44,105 bases of DNA from Betaproteobacteria bacterium (GCA_020049245.1 JAIFLB010000065.1:1-44105), one strand, 5' to 3'. Shown: positions 15,001 to 24,554, counted from the first letter of the stretch. Translations and numbers: made by a program. Notes: generated from the sequence alone by a model not told the origin.

Positions 15001-16962
15001 ATGGCTGTCACTTCAAAAGATGTAAAGAAAACCGAGGGTTTGTCCTGGCGTCGGTACAAAGAAGGCGAAACGAGCAAGAACTATCGCCGTTCACAGGAGC
15101 TGATCTTCCAAGCTAGCTGGACCCATAAATGTCCTGAATATGTTCTCTCAACACCGCCTTGCCAGGGATCTTGCCCCGCAGGGGAGGACATTCGCGGCTA
15201 TCTGAACATTGCGCGCGGAATTGAAAAACCGCCGGTTGGCATGACCTGGCAGGAATTCGCTTTCCGTCGCATTACTGATGCAAATCCGTTCCCGGCTGTC
15301 ATGGGCCGTGTTTGTCCGGCGCCTTGTGAGTCCGGTTGTAACCGCAACCAGGTGGAAGACCATGTCGGCATCAACTCGGTTGAGCACTTCATTGGCAACT
15401 GGGGCCTCAACAACAGCATGAAGTTTGATGCGGTCAGTGTTGCTCCCTCCGGCAAAAAAGTTGCCATCATCGGTGGTGGTCCTGCCGGTCTGGCTGCCGC
15501 GTATCAATTAGCCAAAAAGGGTCATGCCTGTACCATTTTTGATGATCACGCCGAACTTGGCGGCATGATGCGCTACGGTATTCCCGGTTTCCGCACACCA
15601 CGCAATGTGCTTGATGGTGAAATCCAACGCATTCTGGATCTTGGCGTTGAAACCCGTTTGAACTGCCGTATTGGCAGCGATATCACCATGGATCAAATCG
15701 AAAAAGACTTCGATGCCATCTTCATGGGTCTGGGTGCTCAATCTGGACGTGCTTTGCCGGTTCCCGGTGCGGAAGCCCCCAATTGCGTAACCGCAATGTC
15801 GTTCTTGCGCGCCTTCAACGAAGGTCGTCTGCAACACGTTGGTAGCAAGGTTGTTGTTATTGGTGGTGGCGATACCTCGATTGACGTTGCAACGGTAGCG
15901 CGTCGTCTGGGCAAAATCACCAATGTGACCGACAAGGATTTGCCGGAACATGTATTGGCTGGTCATACCGCACATGATGTCAGTTCAATTGCAGCCCGTC
16001 AGGGCGCTGAAGTTGTACTGGTTTCTCGTGCCACGATCGACAAGATGGCCGCCAACAAGACCGAAATCGAGCATGCGCAGACCGAAGGTATTGAAATCAT
16101 TGGTGGCGTCACGCCGGTTGCCGTAGTGGTTGGTGCTGATGGCCGTGCAACCGCGCTGCGGGTTGCCGAGTTTGTCATGGAAGGCAATAACACCAAGATC
16201 ATCGAAGGCACCGAGCGCGATCTGCCGGCCGATCTGGTGGTCTCCGCGATTGGTCAGGCAGTTGATTTCAGTGGTCTTGAAGGCTTCAACAACAACAACG
16301 GTTTGATGAAGGCGGACAAAAATTACCGCTTCCCTGGCAAGCCACATGTGTTTGTTGGCGGTGACGTTCTTCGCCCGCACTTGTTGACGACCGCAATCGG
16401 CCATGCCCGCATCGCAGCCGATGGTATCGATGCCTTCTTGAAGAGTGAAGAACTCGACAAGCGCCCGAAAGTTGACGTGCATCACTGGGATATGGTTCGC
16501 AAATGGGTCGAAACCGGTCATGAATACAAAGAACTGCATGGCCAGAATTGGGGTACATCTGCTGAAAAGGGTCTTTTGCACAACTTCGAGGACCGTTCAC
16601 AGAAATATGTGATCCCGTCTACCGAAATGTTCCTTGGCCATTTCATGAACACCCCGCGTCTGAAGCGTCATATCGTTCACCTGGATAAGGAATCAGCCCT
16701 GGGTAACTTTGATGACCGCCTGGGTCAGCTGGATGAAAAGGAAGTGGTTGCTGAAGCCAAACGCTGCATGTCTTGCGGACTATGCTTCGAATGTGACAAC
16801 TGCGTCATCTACTGCCCACAGACTGCCGTGTTCAAGGTCAAGAAGAAAGATGACCCGACGACTGGCCGTTATGTGGATACCGACTATGGCAAGTGCATCG
16901 GCTGTCACATCTGTGCTGACGTGTGCCCGACTGGTTATATCGTCATGGGTATGGGCGAGTAA
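15001..16962 (+). CDS. dsrL: DsrL, NAD(P)H:acceptor oxidoreductase (GltD-like with a C-terminal ferredoxin domain)
   Basis: It has the dinucleotide-binding motifs VAIIGGGPAGLAAA and VVVIGGGDTSID. The C-terminus has 2x[4Fe-4S] motifs, CMSCGLCFECDNC and CIGCHICADVCP. The ATG at 15001 follows GGAGAGCGAAG. Confidence 0.9.
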   Translation: MAVTSKDVKKTEGLSWRRYKEGETSKNYRRSQELIFQASWTHKCPEYVLSTPPCQGSCPAGEDIRGYLNIARGIEKPPVGMTWQEFAFRRITDANPFPAVMGRVCPAPCESGCNRNQVEDHVGINSVEHFIGNWGLNNSMKFDAVSVAPSGKKVAIIGGGPAGLAAAYQLAKKGHACTIFDDHAELGGMMRYGIPGFRTPRNVLDGEIQRILDLGVETRLNCRIGSDITMDQIEKDFDAIFMGLGAQSGRALPVPGAEAPNCVTAMSFLRAFNEGRLQHVGSKVVVIGGGDTSIDVATVARRLGKITNVTDKDLPEHVLAGHTAHDVSSIAARQGAEVVLVSRATIDKMAANKTEIEHAQTEGIEIIGGVTPVAVVVGADGRATALRVAEFVMEGNNTKIIEGTERDLPADLVVSAIGQAVDFSGLEGFNNNNGLMKADKNYRFPGKPHVFVGGDVLRPHLLTTAIGHARIAADGIDAFLKSEELDKRPKVDVHHWDMVRKWVETGHEYKELHGQNWGTSAEKGLLHNFEDRSQKYVIPSTEMFLGHFMNTPRLKRHIVHLDKESALGNFDDRLGQLDEKEVVAEAKRCMSCGLCFECDNCVIYCPQTAVFKVKKKDDPTTGRYVDTDYGKCIGCHICADVCPTGYIVMGMGE

Positions 16963-16970
16963 TTTAAAGG

Positions 16971-17438
16971 ATGAACGGCATGGCGAGACTGGCCAATTGG
17001 CTGCGCCTCGTCGCCCTGATCGTTGTTGCAGCCTTTTCGGCTGCAGCAACCGTCCCGGCGGCTGCAGGTGTTGATCTGCCCAAGATTGAAAAGGGCAAAG
17101 GCGATAAATGTGTGGAAGACACACAATTCATGCGCCGTAATCATATGGATCTGCTAAAGCATCATCGTGATGACACGATGCGCAAGGGTATTCGTACTAC
17201 CAAGCACAGTCTCAAGAAATGCGTGGAGTGCCATGCCAGCGAGAAGAGCGGCAGTGTTGCTGCAAGTAAGGAAGACTTCTGTGCCGCCTGTCACAGCTAC
17301 GCAAGTGTCAAACTCGACTGCTGGGATTGCCATGCCACGAAACCCGGTAAGAAACCCCCGACGCAATTGGGGCAAGGTAGGGTTCAGATGCAGTCTTCAC
17401 CCCTGATTGCTGCCACCCAGCCGGGAGAAAGCAAATGA
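16971..17438 (+). CDS. dsrJ: DsrJ, periplasmic trihaem cytochrome c
   Basis: It has a signal peptide and three CxxCH motifs (CVECH, CAACH, CWDCH). Confidence 0.9.
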   Translation: MNGMARLANWLRLVALIVVAAFSAAATVPAAAGVDLPKIEKGKGDKCVEDTQFMRRNHMDLLKHHRDDTMRKGIRTTKHSLKKCVECHASEKSGSVAASKEDFCAACHSYASVKLDCWDCHATKPGKKPPTQLGQGRVQMQSSPLIAATQPGESK

Positions 17439-18187
17439 ACGACCAAATCAATACCAATTCCGTCGAGGCGCAAGCACGACGTGATTTCCTCAAGACTGGT
17501 GCGCTGGTTGTCGGTGCGACGCTGGCCCCCGGCGTGTTGTTCTACGGCGTTGCTCACAGCCGTGCGCCGGAAGAAGCCGCTTCAAGCGACAAGCGCTATG
17601 GGCTGCTGATCGATACGACCAAGTGTGGCAATGGCTGCAACGACTGTGTCACCGCCTGCAATACTGAAAATGGCCTGTCCGGTGAAACTGGTCCGCAAGA
17701 CAGTCAGTGGATACGCAAGGTGGATATCAAGGATTTGCGCACGGGTTATGTGCAAAGTCTGCCGATGATGTGTCAGCACTGCGAAAATCCGCCTTGTGTC
17801 GATGTTTGCCCCACCAGCGCATCGATGAAACGCGCTGACGGCATCGTTCTGGTGGACCGACACACCTGCATCGGATGCCGCTACTGCATGATGGCTTGCC
17901 CGTACAAAGCGCGTTCCTTCGTGCATGAGCCATTGACTGACCAGAACCCCGAAGTGCCGCGCGGCAAGGGATGTGTCGAGTCCTGCACTTTCTGTGTCCA
18001 GCGTGTCGATCGCGACGAGCAGCCAGCCTGCGTCGAGGCTTGCAATAAGCAGGGCCATGGCGCCATGATTTTTGGCGATCTCAAAGATCCCGAAAGTGAG
18101 CTAAACAAGGCACTCAAGTCGGCGTCGAGTATCGAGGTGCGTGCCGATTTGGCACTCAACACCGGCGTTCGTTATCAAGGGATTTAA
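17435..18187 (+). CDS. dsrO: DsrO, periplasmic FeS protein with a Tat signal
   Basis: It has the twin-arginine motif RRDFLKTG and multiple ferredoxin-type Cys clusters. Its ATGA start overlaps the dsrJ stop. Confidence 0.9.
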   Translation: MNDQINTNSVEAQARRDFLKTGALVVGATLAPGVLFYGVAHSRAPEEAASSDKRYGLLIDTTKCGNGCNDCVTACNTENGLSGETGPQDSQWIRKVDIKDLRTGYVQSLPMMCQHCENPPCVDVCPTSASMKRADGIVLVDRHTCIGCRYCMMACPYKARSFVHEPLTDQNPEVPRGKGCVESCTFCVQRVDRDEQPACVEACNKQGHGAMIFGDLKDPESELNKALKSASSIEVRADLALNTGVRYQGI

Positions 18188-18190
18188 TTT

Positions 18191-19408
18191 ATGGCGCAAG
18201 AACACTGCACGAATCAAGGTGAGTGCCGCACCGGTCAGTTCATCACTTTGCTCGCGTTGGGCGGACTGGTGATTCTGGGCGCGCTGTACGCCTTTTTTAC
18301 GCTGGAACATCATGGTCATGTCCTGACCGGCATGAACAACCAGGTCGTTTGGGGACTCCCACATGTGTTTGCGGTCTTTCTTATTGTTGCCGCGTCAGGC
18401 GCGCTAAATGTGGCGTCGATTGGTTCGGTCTTCGGCAAAGATGTCTACAAGAAACGTGCGCCGCTGTCCGGCATGCTGGCCTTGGCCTTGTTGGCTGGCG
18501 GACTGGCTGTTCTGGTGCTTGATCTGGGGCGTCCGGACCGTTTGATCGTGGCGATGACGCATTACAACTTCCGGTCCATCTTCGCCTGGAACATGATCTT
18601 TTATAACGGCTTCTTTGCCATTGTCGGTCTCTATCTGATTACCCTGATGGATCGCAACCTTAAAGGCTGGTCGAAACCAGTTGGTTATATGGCATTTTTC
18701 TGGCGTCTGGCTTTGACCACCGCAACTGGCTCGATTTTCGGTTTTCTGGTTGCACGCGCTGGCTACAATTCCGCGTTGATGGCGCCGATGTTCATCATCA
18801 TGTCGTTTGCATACGGACTGGCCATTTTCATGGTGGTTCAGTCCTCCATGTACTACTGGAATGGTTTGGTGCTCGATGATGGCGTGCGGCGGCGCATGAA
18901 AAATCTGTTGGCGGTTTTTGTCGGCGCTTCGTTGTATTTCACCGTGGTGTTTCACCTGACCAATCTTTATTTCGCCAAACAGTGGGATTTCGAACGTTTC
19001 ATCCTGCTCGATGGTGGCATTTACACTCAGATTTTCTGGATCGGGCAGATTCTCCTAGGCGGCATAGTGCCGTTGATCCTCCTGTTCATGCCGCGTACAC
19101 AGGATGCCCAGAAGATTTGCTTCTGCTTCTTGGCGCCGTTGCTGGTCATCCTCGGTGGTCTTGCTCAAATGTACGTCACCATCATTGGTGGGCAGGCTTT
19201 CCCGATGCAGATGTTCCCGGGTCATGAAGTTACCAGCACTTTCTATGATGGCGTGGTCGCACAGTACAACCCGACCGTATACGAATGGCTGCTGGGTATC
19301 GGTGGTGTCGGTATTACTTTCGTGCTGACGGTTATTGCGGTACGTGCCTTCAAATTCATGCCGCAGGACGATTTCCATGTTCTGCAGATGAGAAGAAGTA
19401 CAGACTGA
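18191..19408 (+). CDS. dsrP: DsrP, NrfD/PsrC-like integral membrane quinone-interacting subunit
   Basis: It is a ~405-aa polytopic membrane protein positioned after dsrO. Confidence 0.9.
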   Translation: MAQEHCTNQGECRTGQFITLLALGGLVILGALYAFFTLEHHGHVLTGMNNQVVWGLPHVFAVFLIVAASGALNVASIGSVFGKDVYKKRAPLSGMLALALLAGGLAVLVLDLGRPDRLIVAMTHYNFRSIFAWNMIFYNGFFAIVGLYLITLMDRNLKGWSKPVGYMAFFWRLALTTATGSIFGFLVARAGYNSALMAPMFIIMSFAYGLAIFMVVQSSMYYWNGLVLDDGVRRRMKNLLAVFVGASLYFTVVFHLTNLYFAKQWDFERFILLDGGIYTQIFWIGQILLGGIVPLILLFMPRTQDAQKICFCFLAPLLVILGGLAQMYVTIIGGQAFPMQMFPGHEVTSTFYDGVVAQYNPTVYEWLLGIGGVGITFVLTVIAVRAFKFMPQDDFHVLQMRRSTD

Positions 19409-19443
19409 CAAAGTTTGAATTTGCAAACCGCATCAAGCAAAAA

Positions 19444-19479
19444 GCAAAAAGCCGACAAAATTAGTCGGCTTTTTGCTTT
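19444..19479 (+). terminator. Rho-independent terminator after dsrP
   Basis: GCAAAAAGCCGAC (19444-19456) and GTCGGCTTTTTGC (19464-19476) form a perfect 13-bp stem with a 7-nt loop. The descending arm runs into TTTTTGCTTT. The A-tract on the left arm would allow it to work in both directions. Confidence 0.75.
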
Positions 19480-19499
19480 CAGCCCGGTAAAATTTCTCC

Positions 19500-20915
19500 A
19501 TGCCGCATCTATTTCTTTCCGCCGCTCACAAGTCCTCAGGCAAAACCACGGTTACGCTGGGCTTGTGTCGTGCCTTGCACGATCGGGGCATGAGGGTGCA
19601 GGCGTTCAAGAAGGGGCCGGATTACATCGACCCGATCTGGCATGGCAAGGCCAGCGAACAGCCCAGTTACAACCTTGATTTTCACCTGATGGAGCAGGAC
19701 GAAATCCTGGCTCTGTTCCATCGTCATGCTGCTCGCGCCGATATCAGCCTGATCGAAGGCAACAAGGGTTTGTACGACGGCATGGACGTTGAAGGCAGCA
19801 ACAGCAACGCGGCCTTGGCCAAGTTGCTTGGCGCGCCGGTTGTACTGGTATTGGATAGCGTTGGCATGACGCGCGGTGTGGCACCGTTGATCCTTGGTTA
19901 CCAAGCATTCGACCCGGCGATCAATATCGCCGGCGTGATTCTCAACAAGGTCGGTGGGCCGCGCCATGAAGAAAAGCTGCGTGCCGTGATCGAGCGCTAT
20001 ACCGATGTGAAAGTCCTGGGTGCGGTGCGCATGGACCCAAATCTGGCAATTGTCGAACGGCACCTGGGTTTGATGCCGGGTAACGAAGCGGAACAGGCAG
20101 AAGCCCGCATCCAAACCATAGCCGGCAGAATCAAGGCGCAGGTTGATCTGGATACCATCGTACAGGTGGCTCAGAGTGCGCAACTGCCACCAGTGGCGGT
20201 CGAGATGCCAAAACCTCGCTCCACGGCTGAAGGCTTGAAACTGGCCTATGCCAATGACAGATCGTTCGGTTTCTATTATCAGGAAGACCTGGACACTTTG
20301 CGTGCCGCCGGTGTGCAACTGATACCGCTCAATACGCTGACGGATTCGCGCTTGCCGGCTGTCGACGGTTTGCTGATTGGCGGCGGATTTCCCGAGATGT
20401 TCGTCACGCAACTGGCTGCCAATCAGTCCCTGCGCCACAACATACGCCAGGCTGTCGAAAACGGCTTGCCTGTGTATGCCGAGTGTGGGGGGTTGATGTA
20501 CCTGTCGCGCTCGGTGCGCTGGAATGAGCATTTTGGCGAGATGGTCGGCATTATCCCGGGGGATGTCGTGATGGGCGCGCGTCCGGTTGGGCGGGGGTAT
20601 GCCGCCTTGGGCGAAACGACAGAGGGACTTTGGCCGCCACATGCGGAGACGATCCCTGCCCATGAATTTCACTATTCCCACTTGGAAAATCTGGATGACG
20701 GTCTTAACTATGCTTACCGAGTATTGCGCGGCCAGGGCATCGACGGCACGCATGACGGATTTGTCTGGAACAACCTGCTGGCTTCCTACTGTCACCGTCG
20801 CGGTAGTGGGGCACGTGGCTGGATTGCCCCTTTTTTAACCAAGGTCACGGCTTACCATTTGGCGCGCATCAGCCCAAGCGCCGCTGACCGTAACGTCGTA
20901 TGTCAAGCGGCCTGA
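19500..20915 (+). CDS. dsrN: DsrN, CobB/CbiA-like amidotransferase (siroheme amidase)
   Basis: The N-terminus, SAAHKSSGKTTVTLGL, and the C-terminal glutamine amidotransferase-like domain (YAECGGLMYL) match cobyrinic acid a,c-diamide synthase homologs. The dsr context supports the call. Confidence 0.85.
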   Translation: MPHLFLSAAHKSSGKTTVTLGLCRALHDRGMRVQAFKKGPDYIDPIWHGKASEQPSYNLDFHLMEQDEILALFHRHAARADISLIEGNKGLYDGMDVEGSNSNAALAKLLGAPVVLVLDSVGMTRGVAPLILGYQAFDPAINIAGVILNKVGGPRHEEKLRAVIERYTDVKVLGAVRMDPNLAIVERHLGLMPGNEAEQAEARIQTIAGRIKAQVDLDTIVQVAQSAQLPPVAVEMPKPRSTAEGLKLAYANDRSFGFYYQEDLDTLRAAGVQLIPLNTLTDSRLPAVDGLLIGGGFPEMFVTQLAANQSLRHNIRQAVENGLPVYAECGGLMYLSRSVRWNEHFGEMVGIIPGDVVMGARPVGRGYAALGETTEGLWPPHAETIPAHEFHYSHLENLDDGLNYAYRVLRGQGIDGTHDGFVWNNLLASYCHRRGSGARGWIAPFLTKVTAYHLARISPSAADRNVVCQAA

Positions 20916-20967
20916 ATTTTTTTGCAAGTCCACCGGAGCATGTCTCCGTTTTATGAGAGGAAATGAA

Positions 20968-21342
20968 ATGATCAGTCTGACCAAACAAGCCGCGGACCAG
21001 ATCCGCACTGCCGCCATTGAATCGGGTGCCGACAACCTGGGCTTGCGTATTGCCGCGCGGGTCAATGATGCCGGCATGCTGGAATTCGGCATGGGATTCG
21101 ATGAAGAGCGCAGCAATGATGCAGCGGTTGATTCCTGGGGCGTCACGTTGTTGATCAACGCTCAATCGAAGCCTTACCTTGACGATGTGACGATTGATTT
21201 CACCGAAGTCAATCCAGGCGAAAGCCGCTTCGTGTTCAGCAAGGCCAGTGCTGGCGGTGGTTGTGGTAGTGGTGGCGGCGGTGGCGGTGGTTGTGGCAGC
21301 GGTGGCTGTGGTACTGGTGGCGGCTGCGGTAGCAGCAACTGA
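20968..21342 (+). CDS. dsrR: DsrR, IscA/HesB-like protein with a Gly/Cys-rich C-terminal tail
   Basis: The core is IscA-like (MISLTKQAADQIR ... GLRIAA ... FGMGFDEE ... IDF) and lacks the core cysteines. It ends in GGGCGSGGGGGGGCGSGGCGTGGGCGSSN. I prefer the ATG at 20968, after GAGAGGA, over the ATG at 20953. Confidence 0.7.
   Translation: MISLTKQAADQIRTAAIESGADNLGLRIAARVNDAGMLEFGMGFDEERSNDAAVDSWGVTLLINAQSKPYLDDVTIDFTEVNPGESRFVFSKASAGGGCGSGGGGGGGCGSGGCGTGGGCGSSN
21253..21306 (+). repeat. imperfect 24-nt direct repeat with 30-nt period inside the dsrR tail
   Basis: GGCGGTGGTTGTGGTAGTGGTGGC (21253-21276) and GGCGGTGGTTGTGGCAGCGGTGGC (21283-21306) differ at 2 positions. They sit within a longer GGY-rich tract that encodes the Gly/Cys tail. 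Confidence 0.8.
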
Positions 21343-21349
21343 TCAGTAA

Positions 21350-21381
21350 AGCGCCATCCCCGATTCCGGAGGGGTGGCGCT
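21350..21381 (+). terminator. stem-loop after dsrR (weak terminator candidate)
   Basis: AGCGCCATCCCC (21350-21361) pairs with GGGGTGGCGCT (21371-21381), giving 11 bp with a 1-nt bulge. A T-run appears only ~10 nt downstream. Confidence 0.35.
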
Positions 21382-21428
21382 AAGCAAGACGTTTTATTGT
21401 AATTTTGCGCAATTCTTGATTGAGCACT

Positions 21429-22871
21429 ATGGACTATTTACCGATTTTCCTGGACCTGCGCGGTCGCAATGGTTTGGTTGTAGGCGGTGGAGATGCTGCT
21501 GCCCGCAAAGCGAGTCTGATGTTGAGTGCCGGCGCCTGGGTGACGGCCGTTTCGCCACAGCCGCTTAGCGAAGCTTTCAGCGAGTTAGCCAAGACAGACC
21601 GCTTGATTCACCGTCAGGCTGAATTCGCGCCTGAACATCTGGAGGGGGTCGATGTCGTTTTCGCAGCCAGTGAAGACGAACAGCTTGATCTCCGGGTTCA
21701 CGATGCCGCACGGGCTCTGCATATTCCCGTCAATGTGGTCGATCGTCCGAAACAATGTGCTTTCATCATGCCTTCGATCATTGATCGCTCTCCGGTCATG
21801 GTTGCTGTGTCGAGTGGTGGTGAAGCGCCGGTGTTGTCTCGCTTGTTGCGCGCCAGGCTGGAAACGCTGATTCCTGCAGCTTATGGTCGGCTTGCCGCCC
21901 TGGCGGGACGCTTCAAAAGCCAGGTACGGGAAAAGTTGACCACCACCGAGGCGCGTCGGAAGTTCTGGGAGAATGCGCTGCTGTCGCCGATTTCAGAAAT
22001 GGTGTTTTCCGGACGCGAGCAAGAGGCGGAAGCCAGCCTGGCGGCCATGCTGGCGGATACGGGAAAGACGCCGGCCACAGGCGAGGTCTATCTGGTTGGC
22101 GCCGGACCGGGAAACCCGGATTTGTTGACTTTCCGGGCATTGCGACTGATGCAACAGGCCGATGTGGTCGTGTATGACCGCTTGGTCGCTCCCGCCATTC
22201 TCGACATGTGTCGGCGCGATGCAGACCGTCTATACGTCGGTAAAGAACGCGACAACCATGCCGTGCCGCAGGATGAAATCAACATGGTGCTGGTCCGCCT
22301 GGCGAAGGAAGGCAAGCGCGTTTTGCGGCTGAAGGGCGGTGATCCATTCATCTTCGGACGCGGCGGAGAAGAAATCGAAACGCTGCGCGAACATGGCGTG
22401 CCATTCCAGGTCGTTCCGGCGGTCACCGCCGCCGCTGGTGTCGCGGCGTATGCAGGTATTCCGTTGACGCACCGTGATCATGCTCAGGCATTGATTCTGG
22501 TGACTGGCCACCTCAAGGACGGCACGATGGACCTGGATTGGGACATGCTTTGTCGTCCTGCTCAGACCATCGTGATCTACATGGGACTCAAGGGCCTGGT
22601 CCAACTTTGCGACGAAATGAAGAAGCACGGCATGCCGGGTTCTACTCCGGCGGCTATCGTGCAACAGGGCACCACGTTGAATCAGAAAGTGGTTACCGGC
22701 ACTTTGGATACCTTGCCAGCCCAGGCTGCACAAGCTGAATTGAAGCCGCCGACTCTGATCATCGTTGGCAGTGTGGTCAGTCTGCATGCCAAGCTGAACT
22801 GGTTCCACCCCGAGCCTGCCGCCGACGACCATTGGCATACGCCGCTCGACAAGCCTGCCAGCCTGGGCTGA
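21429..22871 (+). CDS. cysG: siroheme synthase (precorrin-2 dehydrogenase/ferrochelatase fused to uroporphyrinogen-III C-methyltransferase)
   Basis: The N-terminus is MDYLPIFLDLRGRNGLVVGGG. The SUMT domain shows VYLVGAGPGNPDLLT ... LKGGDPFIFGRGGEE. Confidence 0.9.
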   Translation: MDYLPIFLDLRGRNGLVVGGGDAAARKASLMLSAGAWVTAVSPQPLSEAFSELAKTDRLIHRQAEFAPEHLEGVDVVFAASEDEQLDLRVHDAARALHIPVNVVDRPKQCAFIMPSIIDRSPVMVAVSSGGEAPVLSRLLRARLETLIPAAYGRLAALAGRFKSQVREKLTTTEARRKFWENALLSPISEMVFSGREQEAEASLAAMLADTGKTPATGEVYLVGAGPGNPDLLTFRALRLMQQADVVVYDRLVAPAILDMCRRDADRLYVGKERDNHAVPQDEINMVLVRLAKEGKRVLRLKGGDPFIFGRGGEEIETLREHGVPFQVVPAVTAAAGVAAYAGIPLTHRDHAQALILVTGHLKDGTMDLDWDMLCRPAQTIVIYMGLKGLVQLCDEMKKHGMPGSTPAAIVQQGTTLNQKVVTGTLDTLPAQAAQAELKPPTLIIVGSVVSLHAKLNWFHPEPAADDHWHTPLDKPASLG

Positions 22872-22897
22872 GTAATCGTCAGACAACCAGAGGCGGT

Positions 22898-23509
22898 TCA
22901 GTTCAACAGTTCGCTGAGCAACTGGGCCTGTTGTTTGGTCTGGTGTTCGATCAACAGGCGTTGGGCACGGGTGATCGCCAACAGGTCGGCAAGGGCATCG
23001 TCGAATTGATCGTTGACTACCAGATAGTCGAATTCGAGGGCATGCGAGATGTCCTCCCGCGCCACCGCCATACGTTTGGCGATGATTTCCGCACTGTCAG
23101 TGCCACGGCCATCAAGGCGACATTGAAGTTCAACCAATGACGGCGGCAGGATGAAGATCGATTTCGCCTGCGGAATCAGCTTTCGGACTTGCGCCGCGCC
23201 CTGCCAATCGATCTCCAGCAGAATGTCGCGACCGGCGGCCATTTCATCTTCAATCCATCGCTGCGATGTGCCATAGAAATTGCCGTAAACCTCTGCGCTT
23301 TCAAGGAACTCACTCTGCCCGAGCCGCTCTTGAAAATTTTCACGGCTGATGAAATGGTAGTGCACACCATCGATTTCGCCTGGCCTGGGTGCTCGCGTGG
23401 TGAACGAAACCGATAGCCGAATACTGGCATCCTGATTCAACAACGCTTTAACCAGGCTCGATTTGCCCGCGCCCGATGGCGCGGAAATGATGAATAGATT
23501 GCCACGCAT
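22898..23509 (-). CDS. gmk: guanylate kinase
   Basis: It has GNLFIISAPSGAGKSSLV and matches the guanylate kinase family over the whole length. Confidence 0.9.
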   Translation of the reverse strand: MRGNLFIISAPSGAGKSSLVKALLNQDASIRLSVSFTTRAPRPGEIDGVHYHFISRENFQERLGQSEFLESAEVYGNFYGTSQRWIEDEMAAGRDILLEIDWQGAAQVRKLIPQAKSIFILPPSLVELQCRLDGRGTDSAEIIAKRMAVAREDISHALEFDYLVVNDQFDDALADLLAITRAQRLLIEHQTKQQAQLLSELLN

Positions 23510-23521
23510 GCGGATTCCTCG

Positions 23522-24388
23522 TTACTCGATGTTCTGGATCTGTTCGCGCATTTGCTCGATCAAAACTTTCAATTCAACCGAGGTCTGGGTGAAGTCCAGC
23601 GATGCTGATTTTGAGCCGAGGGTGTTGGCTTCGCGGTTGAGCTCCTGCATCAGGAAATCCAGCCGTTTACCAGCCGCGCCGCCAGCATCGAGAGTGCGGG
23701 TGACTTCGTCGAGATGGGTCAGCAGGCGATCCAGTTCCTCGTCGATATCGATTTTCTGCGCGAACAAGACGACTTCCTGGTTCAGCCGATCTCGATCGAG
23801 TGGGTTATCGGAGTTCGGCAGCAATTCCTCCAGGCGCTTGCTGAGCTTATCCCGATAGTTGGCGATGATTTCCGGGGTGCGTGGGCGGATGTGCTCAACA
23901 TGGCCACGGATGCCGGCGACGCGTTCCAGAATGACGGCCTTCAGCTTGTCTCCTTCGCGCGCTCGGCTGGCATTGAATTGAATCAGTACCGCCTGGATCA
24001 ACGTTAAAGCGGCGGCATGCAACGCTTGTGGGTCGGGTGCGGTGTCACCCAGCATACCCGGCCAGCGCAGAATTTCGTGCACGGCGAGCGGCTGTGCATT
24101 TGGAAACGCATCCAGTGCGCTGCCTGACAAGGCTTGCAATTGCGCCAGCAATGACGGGTTGAGCGTGCCGGGCAGGGCGGCATCTTCACGTGGGTTAAAA
24201 TTGATGCGGCATTCCAGTTTGCCACGTTTGATCTGATCGCTGATCTGCGTCCGCAAAGTCGGTTCCAGTGAGCGAAAATCTTCTCCCATGCGAAAGGTGA
24301 GATCAAGGAAACGCGAGTTGACCGCGCGCAGTTCGAGCGAGAGTTGGCCATGCGGCAGATCGGCAGTTTCAACCGCGTAACCGGTCAT
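23522..24388 (-). CDS. yicC: YicC-family stress-induced protein
   Basis: The N-terminus SMTGYA and the C-terminal DUF1732-like segment (EELDRL ... RLDFLMQELNREANTLGSKS) fit the family. I placed the start at M29 of the ORF, but ATG codons at 24472, 24463 and 24442 are also possible. Confidence 0.8.
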   Translation of the reverse strand: MTGYAVETADLPHGQLSLELRAVNSRFLDLTFRMGEDFRSLEPTLRTQISDQIKRGKLECRINFNPREDAALPGTLNPSLLAQLQALSGSALDAFPNAQPLAVHEILRWPGMLGDTAPDPQALHAAALTLIQAVLIQFNASRAREGDKLKAVILERVAGIRGHVEHIRPRTPEIIANYRDKLSKRLEELLPNSDNPLDRDRLNQEVVLFAQKIDIDEELDRLLTHLDEVTRTLDAGGAAGKRLDFLMQELNREANTLGSKSASLDFTQTSVELKVLIEQMREQIQNIE

Positions 24389-24554
24389 GCTGCGCAGCTC
24401 TTCTTTCTTGCCTGAGTTTTTTTGTTTGCTGTTGGATGACATTTCCTGCCGGCTTTCTTTCATGAACGTCACGATCTTGGTTATCCTTCAATGATTACTG
24501 TCATAAAAACAGTTTAACCCGCCGCTCTCATCTCTCGCACCCAACCCCATACCG

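Noticed and set aside
19415-19678. 87-aa ORF starting in the dsrP-dsrN gap
   Set aside because: It runs through the terminator hairpin and then overlaps dsrN out of frame. It has no RBS and no recognisable features.
19536-20795. 419-aa ORF antisense to dsrN
   Set aside because: The sense strand encodes a full-length CobB/DsrN-like protein with clear motifs. The antisense product is Arg/Gln/His-rich and low-complexity-like with no recognisable motif. It is a typical shadow ORF.
21253-21340. The Gly/Cys tract of dsrR as a possible frameshifted or non-coding low-complexity region
   Set aside because: It stays in frame with the IscA-like core up to a clean TGA, and a hairpin follows it, so I treat it as genuine coding sequence. 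It should still be verified by resequencing.
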